From contig OX597815.1 of the NCBI GenBank assembly GCA_951406725.2, positions 170,066,001 to 170,130,000 of the forward strand: DNA of 64,000 bases, written 5' to 3'. The notes beneath the pieces were generated by a model. That model did not search any database and was not told where the DNA came from. It saw nothing but the letters and a program-made list of their open reading frames with translations. Below are positions 53,669 through 64,000 of this stretch, piece by piece (position 1 is the stretch's first letter; each line of letters opens with the position of its first letter). The stretch is from Octopus vulgaris (lineage: Eukaryota). The translations under genes and the position numbers were made by a program.

Positions 53669-54654
53669 TCTATTATATAAAATCCGTTCTGTCTGTCTGT
53701 GTGTCTGTCTTCTAGGATCTTGGGCATCCTCCATCCGATTGCGCTCAAATTTGATATATATAGATACCGACGGTATCAGGGCGTGTATAAGTCTTGAAAA
53801 AATTACAAACATCGATTCCAGGAGAGAATGCGATCGATAAAATCGTGGAAACGTGCATTTGTACGCACAAGTACATCAGTCGAAATCCGTCTTTTGCTGG
53901 TGTCTCAAATTTAGGTTAAATCAATGTTACTCAAAGGGGAGGCATATGGAACGGTCGGACAAGCTGTTTTGAGAAAATTTGGTTTAAATGTATGACAACT
54001 CAGCACCGTCCATTGGACGGGGGGAGTTTTGCACGTATGAAATATAATCATAATTAACCGATCCTACCGTATTTTCTTTTATCCAAAGTCAGAAACTTTT
54101 CAGCACCCCTTGTAGTATTTCTAGTTTTAATTTTGTATTCCTCTAATAATGTTTGTTTCCGTACTTTACATCTCTAATTTCTCTGATGAATATAATAAAA
54201 TTCATACTACTATCATACTGGTTCAACAAATGTTCTCCTTTTGGAATAAAAACTACGTCCGCTATAACGACAAGTGCATTAGTATAACGATAAGCTCCTG
54301 TCGACCCATTTTTATAACGTAACAATAGTACCGTTTGATTACTTGGTTGTAAATATTTCAGTTCACCTACATCCCTAATATGTTTCATCGTCAAGATTTC
54401 TCTTTTAGCATCCCATAAAATCTCCAGCTTCGTGGTTACATTAAGTAGTTATTTATTCTACGTGAAATATCGATTAGAGTAACAGTTATTTGATTTCAGT
54501 TATAACACTAATGACAATCGAACAGTCATAAACGTTACAATTTCCTGTTTCTTCTGAGTGAACACCATCTCAGGGTTTAGAGCCAGCAATGAAATCACTC
54601 TATGTGATATTCATATCAATTTTGCTGAGCAGCGCCAGATTAGATTTCGTCTAG
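53669..54654 (+). mobile_element. Probable non-autonomous Helitron
   Basis: 5' A|TCTATTATATAAAA followed by CTGT repeats and GCTCAAATTTG. Candidate 3' hairpin CTGAGCAGCGCCAG and CTAG at 54651-54654; the 3' end is uncertain. Confidence 0.5.
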
Positions 54655-56155
54655 ATTCAAAAGGAAACCACACATTTGATTCTAAAATATTCATATGATT
54701 AGAATAATAGGCGCTACAGTCTCTCGGTCAATTAATTACATTTACTGTAAATTCCTTTCCGAGGAGATTCTTGTCTTATAAAACTTCGTTTAAATTCTTA
54801 GGCTATATAGTTTCATATTTCTAATCTTTCCAACACATCTGCCATTCTCGTCTTTCTCCTTATATACACTACCGATTTGTTATCTCTCACAATATTTTCT
54901 TTTAATTTTTCTGTCAATTATCTCTCATTTATTTTTATCACATTATCTATTTTCCCTGCTTCCTCCTTGTTTTTATCGCTTTCACCTTTCACTTCGTCAT
55001 AAAGTCGCGTTGTCTTTTGCAGCTTAATTTCTAACTTTTTATTTGTCTTTCTCAAACTGTCCTTTTTTTCTCTTTCCTTTCTTTTCATTACAGATGGCCT
55101 CTATTAACACTACTTGATTTTTCTTTTTCTTCCACTGTCTCTTTCTTGTTCACCATTTCTAACATTTTTCAAACTCTTCTTTTCTACCTTCTATATCACA
55201 ACTCACCAGTCATTCTCTTCCTCTGAAAATACCCATTTAAATAGATATTACAAATTGTAATGTGATATTGATTTTAATATGAGAATGACTCATGGAATCC
55301 CTCCAGATAGGCACTAGTTTTTCCTATTCATTTCTAACAGGTAGGTGTCACCCAAAAAATGTAGGGGAGAGTAAAGCGGATAAGAATGACTCCAGTATAT
55401 GCCTGAGGCTTTATTTTACTGATGCTGGAAGGCTAAAAGGCCAAGTTCATACTGTTGAGATTTGAGCTAAGTAAAGAACCATAACTAAAAGTTATAAGGT
55501 ATTTTGTCCGTCGCAGTACTGTCAGGAGGAACTTAAGCCCATGCTTATAAACGCAAAGCAGACTTAAAGAGAAACAGCGACATTTGCAAAATGATGAGAG
55601 AAGAGAAAGATAAACAGACTGGAGAAGAAAATAACAGGCCTTGAACAATTTAAAATTAACGCATATCTTACAGTTAAGTTCAGTGTGATTAATTTACGGT
55701 CAAGTTTCTATTCTAGTCTACGCTAATGCAACAAAAGAAGTTAGAATGTCACAGTCATTCGTTAAGCAATCCTTATAGAATACCAGGAATTTTTATCATA
55801 TTGACTTTTAACATAAACACAAGCTCATATATTTTCGGGTAGAGTCGTTTATATCGATCCCAGTATTTAGCGGGCACCTTATTTAATCGACTCCAAAAGA
55901 TTAAAGACAAAGTTAACTCTGATGACGGGATTTGAACTCAAAATTTAAAGAGACGAAGCTCGATATTGCTATAGATATTGTCTGACTACTGAAGTTTTTA
56001 ATTCACTGCTCAATGTTGCTTTTTAGTCTAATATTAGAAACGAACGTGTAGAGTGGCACTTGGGAGACATGTTTTAAATTAAATGTATGCTAGCTGAGGT
56101 CTGAATTGTTTGAAAGAAATAAGAAGCACAGACAAATAGGTGAATGGCATCAAAA

Positions 56156-56388
56156 GGCGGCGAGCTGGTAGAAACGTTAGCACGACGGGCGAAATGCTTA
56201 GTGGTATTTCGTCTACGGTCACGTTCTGAGTTCAAATTCCGCTGAGGTCGACTTTGCCTTTCTTGCTTTCGGGGTCGATTAAATAAGTACTAGTTATGCA
56301 CTGGGGTCGATATAATCGACTTATTCTGTTTGTCTGTCCTTGTTTGTTTTCTCTGTGTTTAGCCCCTTGTGGGTAGTAAAGAAATAGG
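56156..56388 (+). mobile_element. SINE family A with TSD AAATAGGTGAATGG
   Basis: TSD at 56134-56147 and 56382-56395; full head, body and tail. Confidence 0.9.
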
Positions 56389-57917
56389 TGAATGGTATGA
56401 AAACATATTTTGTTTAAGGCCGGAAATTTGCTTTAATCAAGTAGAAGAAACTTTTTTAAGTTATAACAACGCTATTTTCCGTGTTTCAAATTATATTGAT
56501 TATATGCATTATTGGAAAAATTATAAATTAATTCCGAATATGATCTTACAGAGACTGTATAAGTAGTATTTCCATCAATTTTCATTGGAAATGTTCGAAA
56601 CTCGGCTAATGTCGGAGGAGTGAATTAACGAAATGTTAACAACTCTGCATAAAATATATCCATTATGCAATCTAAGTCGGCTTTTCTTTCCATGTGACGA
56701 TATGCATACAAATCTTCTCACATTTAAATTTCGAAGCAGCTGATCTAAAGAACATTATACTCTAAATATTGATTAATGATCTGCTCTGTCAACAAAACTG
56801 GTTCGCCACGTGGATAGAAAATTTTTAGTTTGTTCAAAAAGGATCCGTTGAAGAACAGTTTGCCCATTATCACAAAATAATGAATGCTTTCCCAATACTG
56901 ATACGTTGCATAAACATTTTCTACGATCTTTTTGAAGACATGACCAAACACCGAGTTGCTGAATTTTAAATTTCAGAATAGATTGAATTCAGTTAGTTGA
57001 TTTATTTTTCTTATGTTACTTTCAGCAAAAATTTAATCTCAGTGATTCCGTTAATCCAAAGGTGTGTCTTTCTCCAAACTATATGAGTAATTTCAACGTA
57101 GAAAGTTGAGAGTAGAGTCGTTAATAGCAGTATTCAACCGAGTTTGTTGGAAAACGAAAAAGATGCAACAGAAAAGTTTAAACACCTGACTAAATGCGCT
57201 GCAGCATCCTGTTTCTTTCATCTCAGCTCATCTGTCACCGATCTAGATTAAAATTTTAAACACGCGAAGTTAGTAAGAAAATTAATTAATAGTAGCATAG
57301 CAATATTTTACTAGAAACCAGCCCTTTACTCATTACAAATTCAGCGTTTTGCTCGAAACAAGAGCTAACGAACCAGTAATAGGAATGGCTTTCTGATTTC
57401 AAATCCAAGTAAAGCCTGTCAGAATTTTTAACCTTTCTCTGTCGTCAGTAAAGTATGTACCAGTAACATTGATTCGATGATCTAATAACAGCTCCCGAAA
57501 ATGTCTAAGCTTCTTTCCAATAACAGAAAATGTGTATATTGCTTTGTGTGATGTTAATAGTGGTAACCATGAACAGAACGCGATACAAAATATTTCACTG
57601 CAAATTAACTCAGTATATGTTCAAATAAAAGTATAGTTGAAAGTGTTTCTCATATTCCTAGGACTGATTAAAGAAGTGTTATAACATGTTGAAATCGAGA
57701 ACCTTTCAGTTAATAAGCGAAATATTTTGTGTAAAATACTAAATACTAGTAGTTGTTAGAAATACTGGTTAAAAAAGACGTTCCAAAAGGGGTTTAACGT
57801 TAGTTATGCATAATCATTTTATTGAATTTCTTGACCAATGCCATCGAAACAGTATAAGGCGAGTCTGCTTTCCGCTTGGAAGCCATTTATATTACCTTAA
57901 AATCGCTGGATTTGAAG

Positions 57918-57969
<52 letters not shown>

Positions 57970-59000
57970 CCGGAGTAAGCACATAAATGTGAAACAAGGT
58001 AGAAAAATAGTATTCGAATACCAGAGGTAGAGTAATATGCTTTATTATAAGCAGCAAGAATATCACAAAAACTCAGAGCTTCACGTTCCCGTTCGTCGGA
58101 CAGATTTGTATAGAATATATACAGACTTACATACATTCAGAAATATGTACATATATACGTATCACACACACACACACAAGCACGCACACACACACAAGCA
58201 CGCACGCACACACAGGCACGCACACACACACACAGACACGCATACACACATAGATATGTATATGTATGCATATACACAGAGAATGGGAGAATAGTTAAGA
58301 AGTAGTTCACTTCTTAATAAAAAGGTTAAGAGTTCGGTACTACAGTATGGCAATTTGGAAATGTGTGTTTCGTTGTAACCTGAGCCATGAATTATTTGAG
58401 AAATTGTGAAGAAGGAAACTGTGAGAACGCCCGTCCAGTGGATTTTACCCGTAACTCAAACGACTACTCTTATATCCAAGTGACATTTGTTGCTAATGTA
58501 ATAAACAGGACAATCAAAGACCTTCATGATAACATCATAAATTGCAATGTTTACGCGTCTTTCACAAGCAAAGTCTAGTATGTGATGCAGTAATTTTTAC
58601 GTAGATGATTATATAATAACATTAAAATACCAGATCTTCAGAAGAAAATAGTAATTCAGGTTATTATTATTTACGAACTTCAGATGGTTGATATAGCAAT
58701 TTCTACATACTTACGTACATAGCTTCATCTGTTCATCCATGCATTCATTCATCCAACACCCGTATATTTTTAAATATATGCCATGACTTGTCATTCCATA
58801 GCATGCTATGTCATGCCTATGTTCCTGAAGTCTCTGATGGAGTCGTCGGGGCGCTGGTTTGGGCGATTTAGACCTGGTGAGACACAGCCCTCTCCACGTC
58901 TTGCACGTATGTGCATACATATGTGTGCACACATATATGCAAGCATAACTGTATATATGTATATATATTTGATATATATGTATATATGTATGTATATATG

Positions 59001-59075
<75 letters not shown>

Positions 59076-59336
59076 TTAATCAATATTGGGTAGCAAAAAG
59101 ATTCAAGAAAAATTCAAGAAAAATTTTTCTGCAACCAGCGGTCAAGTGGGAAAATAGAAATAGTCACAGACTATATAATATATTCAACAATAGTATTAAG
59201 GAATGACCCTGACAGGTCGATTCAACTCACTTGAAAAGAGCAGCTAAACTCAAAACCGCAAAAATAGTAGTAATTCTGAAAGCTAAAGGAGAAATAAAAA
59301 CATTTATCCCTTTCAACTTTGTACCCTGCAAGGTTT

Positions 59337-59410
<74 letters not shown>

Positions 59411-59460
59411 GTGTGTGAGAAATTACGAAAGTACAAGTTTATATTATTAGTTCCTATGAA

Positions 59461-59674
59461 GGCGGCGAGCTGGCAGAATCGCTAGCACGCCGAGCAAAAT
59501 GCATAGCGGCATTTCGTTCGTCATTGCGTTCTGTGTTCGAATTCCGCCGAAATTAACTTTGCCTTACATCCTTTCGGGCGCGATGAAATAAGTACCAGTA
59601 GAGCACTGGGGTCGATACAATCAACTGTCCCCCTCTCCCAAATTTCCGGCGTCGTGTCTAAATGGGAAAGGATC
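59461..59674 (+). mobile_element. SINE family A (alternative tail) with TSD ATTAGTTCCTA
   Basis: Head GGCGGCGAGCTGGCAGAATCG; flanking direct repeat visible. Confidence 0.85.
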
Positions 59675-60003
59675 ATTAGTTCCTACGTGCGTTTCCATAC
59701 TTACATTGCTTGGAGCCCTGCACTGGGTGTTCCTTTTTCATTTGGATCCTTAACGATAAGGGTTGATCTGGGAACACTTTAATCCATTAAGTTACAAACA
59801 GCTAATGACATTAATCCATTGTAACAGATATAATTGGAACAGCCAATGTAGGGTTCCAAACAGCCAAAATGGTAATACATAAATAGGAACGAATATACAC
59901 TTGTGTTTCTACTTTCATTATCTTATTTCCCTCTATCTTCCCTATCTTCTCCTTGACCATAATAATTCCTTATTTGGAACTCAAATATTTTTTAACATCT
60001 CAC

Positions 60004-60057
60004 ATAGTCTCTGATAAAGGGATATCCATAATATCCCAGAAACAGCCGTAAGACTAT
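60004..60057 (+). ncRNA. Type I hammerhead motif of a further family (core CTGATAA)
   Basis: ATAGTCT-CTGATAA-A-GGGATAT-CCATA-ATATCCC-A-GAAA-CAGCCG-TA-AGACTAT, with perfect 7-bp stems I and II. Confidence 0.7.
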
Positions 60058-60129
60058 ATCTATATCTCTTTCCTTAGAAATGTCCTGAAAACTCCTCACA
60101 ATCTTGGCTTTGTTATCTCATTTTGTCTA

Positions 60130-60174
<45 letters not shown>

Positions 60175-60178
<4 letters not shown>

Positions 60179-60705
60179 TAAATTTATCCAGCTTCTGTGT
60201 TCCTAGCACATATTTCGCCTTAATGTACTGATATATGGAAAATATATGGCTTGTGTTAGAAATACCAGCGATTTAATTATTTTTATTTTATCGCAATTTG
60301 ATTTGTTTACATATTTCTCGATAAATTTGGAGCGCTAGACGATATACCAGAAATCCCTAGTTTTGTCGGGACGTTCGGAGTCTGCGCAGTGATCTGATTA
60401 GTTAGAGAGAGTGAATCATTAGAAGCACATGCTTCTAATGAGTTAGGATCTCAGAAAAACAGGGCTCTCACTGACGAATTCTCCCTGAGCAAATAAATTA
60501 TCTTTATTGCTGAAAAGAAAGAAACTGCAGTCTGAGAATAACCGAGTTAGTAAACGTTTTTATCTTCATTTCACTAAATTTATCCAGCTTCTGTGTTCCT
60601 AGCACATATTTCGCCTTAATGTACTGATATATGGAAAATATATGGCTTGTGTTAGAAATACCAGCGATTTAATTATTTTTATTTTATCGCAATTTGATTT
60701 GTTTA
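60175..60705 (+). mobile_element. Retrozyme-like 396-bp unit (1.34 copies) inside (TA)n
   Basis: TCACTAAATTTATCCAGC at 60175 and 60571; same 3' end as the 49561 copy. Confidence 0.87.
60466..60537 (+). ncRNA. Type I hammerhead ribozyme motif, canonical core
   Basis: TCTCA-CTGACGA-ATTCT[hairpin]AGAAA-GAAA-CTGCAG-TC-TGAGA; the first pair of stem II is mismatched. Confidence 0.8.
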
Positions 60706-61428
60706 TATATATATATATATATATGCATACTAATACAAGACTTATACGCATACTTATACAAGGATTATTAGACGCCTCACTCGTATCACTATCGAACCAA
60801 GAGTTCAACTACGGTCTATCTATAGCACTTACTTAGCGTTACCTGCCACTCTTTTGGGTCTTCTAGATATCAATAGCTCTCATATATGTATGTATTACGT
60901 GTGTTTATATTATCAAATCTATGTGAATTGAAAGTTGAAGTATTCAGGATGAGAACATCTTTCACTCCTTGGCGATATATGCAATATTTTTTAAATGTTT
61001 TGAATTTCTAATATTTTATCAAAAGTATATAGAATCTTTTTGATTTGTTTTAGAATAAAATCAGGAGGGGATGTTTATGAAAATATAGAATAGCTTGGTT
61101 TATACATATGCTGTTTACACAGACTTATGATAAAATTATTACTAGCAAAATCAATAAACCGCATATGTTCTTAATCAATCTCGTCTAGCGCATTCTTCCC
61201 TTGACATTTACTGAATATTTGTTTAAACACTAAAACTTAAAGTTCTGCTAATGGAATTGTGTGTTAATAAAGCATGACAGTAATGCGTTATTGATGTGTT
61301 GATCTTTTCTAGGATTGATACTGGGCGTATTTGACACAAACTCTGTATCTCCAGCATGTGAAAGCTTATTGGAAAACTCCCAGAATTTTTATACTCCAAC
61401 ATTCTTGACGGTATACTTTTATATATAA

Positions 61429-61855
61429 CTAGCAGTATCCCCCGGCGTTGCTCGGGTTTGTAAGGGAAATAACTATATAAGCATTTTTAGAGAGTTACTT
61501 CCCTTATAGATGCCAATTCGGGCTTTCTTAGCCATTTCTGTTTTGGTGTCTTCAAGCCATGAGGGAAGAAGGGGGAGAAGCAAACACAGGTGCAGGTGTT
61601 TGAGCGTGGACGCCAACTCCGCCGCCATCGACACACGAAAAATTATGCATTAAAATGGAATAAAAAATGACGTTAAATTATTTTTAAAATCGTAGACTCA
61701 TCGTAGACGCGCGCTAATAGCCAGACGGGCTCGATATTAAGCACGACTATAAGATACCCGAATTTGGTTAAACTGCACCGCAAAATGTGGGAGTAGTTAG
61801 GAATCTAAATCGAAGGGGACAGACACTCACACAACTACAGTTTTATATATATAGA
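61429..61855 (-). mobile_element. Non-autonomous Helitron
   Basis: On the minus strand: A|TCTATATATATAAAA...CCCGAGCAACGCCGGG hairpin...CTAG|T. Canonical TC/CTAG termini, A-T insertion site, no TSD. Confidence 0.8.
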
Positions 61856-62626
61856 TTACTTTGCCACGAAACATTTTACACTGCGATGGGATTTATTCTG
61901 AATTTACTTTATCTGCGCATATATTGGACGTTAGCTATATTCCAGTTTAGTTATTTGCGTGACTTTATCACTAGAACTGCAGACGGCCGAATCGATACAA
62001 TGAAGAATTAACTGAACAAAGCGTCGATTGTGTCCACCACCATTACAATTGCTGCGCAGCCCGTTTAGATTGTACAGAATCACTGTCAACAAAAGGAGCA
62101 GTAGGATCAGAAGTACGTCATATATAATGAATGCTTCCTTATCTTGCAAAGCAATATGTACATCCCTAAATGAATCCGTTCATGGATTCTTCACGTAAAA
62201 AGTACCCAAAAATCTGCTGAGTTTAGCCACTTCTATTGACTACATTTGAATCTTCTTTATGAGTTAAGTTTTAATACAACAATCCTTTCTACTTTAGGCA
62301 CAGGGCCTGAAATTTTGTGGGAGGGGACTAGTCGATTACATCAATCCCAGTACGTGTTAGGTATTTATTTCATCGACCCCAAAAGGATGAAAGGCAATGT
62401 CGATCTCGGTGGGATTTGAACTTATAACATAAAGCCGGACGGAATGACACTAAGCATTTTGAGCTGGCTGTCTTACAGCTGTAGAATAAAAATGATAGTA
62501 ATAATTAAGGAACGAGATATATAATGTATGGTAATTAGTGTGACAGAAATTATTGCCATGGTAGTGGAATGCCAGAAAAAATACGTAACCTGCAAATAAA
62601 ATAACGTGAATATTCCCACAAAACGA

Positions 62627-62838
62627 AGGCGGCGAGCTGGCAGAAACGTTAGCACGCTGGGCGAAATGCTTAGCAGTATTTCGTCTGGCTTTACGTTCTG
62701 AGTTCAACTTCCGCCGAGGTCGACTTTGCCTTTCATCCTTACTGGGTCGATAAATTAAGTACCAGTTGCGTACTGGGGTCCATCTAATCGACTGGAATCC
62801 TCCTCTAAAATTTCGGGCCCGGTGCCTAGAGTAGAAAA
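62627..62838 (+). mobile_element. Young SINE family A with 19-bp TSD (an older minus-strand copy lies at about 62285-62470)
   Basis: GAATATTCCCACAAAACGA at 62608-62626 and 62839-62857. Confidence 0.92.
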
Positions 62839-63665
62839 GAATATTCCCACAAAACGAGATCCATGCTGCCCTTTAAAAGCGTATATGCAATGTGTAATAT
62901 GGAACATCAAAAATTCATGGTAGTTGCACGAAGTTGCTAGAGGTACAAAGTTGTGATATAGCATAATACTATACCATTCCTTTAACGCCGAAGGCCATCT
63001 ATGATGCTATTTGGCTTCATGTTCAATGAGAATTCGTAAGATATTCCATTAGATTGATTCTTTTCAAGAGGAAACGAGCTTAGAATAAGATATTTTAGGA
63101 ACAGTTTGCACATGTTCTGAAAAAGTTGAATAATCGTCAAATTTCTATAACTCTGATACTATCATCCTGTATCTATAATGTTGCACAAATATTCTCTGTT
63201 TATCAAAAAAGAAAAAAAAACCCAAAGCAAGTACAAGAACAATAACCACAATAAAACAGACGACGCGATTCGATAGATCTGAACAGTTGTTAGAAATCAG
63301 TTGCTGGAAATTCTTTCTTTGCAGATATATAATTAATTGATGTGTGTGTATGGGTACGAGCATATATGCCCATATATGTATATAAAATGAAGTAATGGGT
63401 AAGATTATTTCACTCTATAAAAAAGCGTGAATTAAGAGAAAAAACATGTATCTATGTATATTACATATGTATAAATGTATGTGTGCATGTATTTATGAAT
63501 CCCTATATATATATATATACGGAGATGTACTATATAAGTAATATCTGAGATAAACGAAAACAATATATATATATATTCATATTTATAATATGTAAATAGA
63601 TATTTGTCATGATATTTTAGCGACGAAAATATATATACTTATGTTGATGAATCACAAATGGCATA

Positions 63666-63746
<81 letters not shown>

Positions 63747-63767
63747 AATATATATATATGTATATAT

Positions 63768-63798
<31 letters not shown>

Positions 63799-64000
63799 CA
63801 TATATGCATATATATATACATACATACATATATAAATATATATATATATATATGTATGCATTTGAATATAGTACATATATGTGTATGTACGTATTTGTAT
63901 ATATATATATATATACACGTATGTGTGTGTGTGTGTGTGAACATACATGTATAAAAAAGAAAAAAAGTGAGAGAGCAAGAGAAAAGGTGGGAGGTATAGG

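Overview
AT-rich, microsatellite-dense animal non-coding DNA. The SINE repertoire points to an octopus (cephalopod) genome; this is inferred from recognised repeat families, not from a search. No host protein-coding exon is supportable, and nearly all listed ORFs are microsatellite read-throughs. The window holds two decayed mariner transposons, a 5'-truncated CR1/L2-group LINE, a Penelope-like (GIY-YIG) fold-back element, two non-autonomous Helitrons and dozens of tRNA-derived SINEs of three families. The standout signal is a set of at least six unrelated non-coding retroelement families that carry minimal type I hammerhead ribozyme (HHR) motifs with palindromic stem III. The best example is an apparently very recent 1,586-bp insertion (46711-48296, 14-bp TSD) of about 3 visually identical copies of a 534-nt unit, partly inverted, each with an intact HHR. 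This is what a circular-RNA retrozyme mobilised by Penelope-like elements would look like. A second ~396-nt HHR unit shows compensatory base-pair changes and targets (TA)n tracts, and a third family combines a tRNA-like Pol III head with an HHR.
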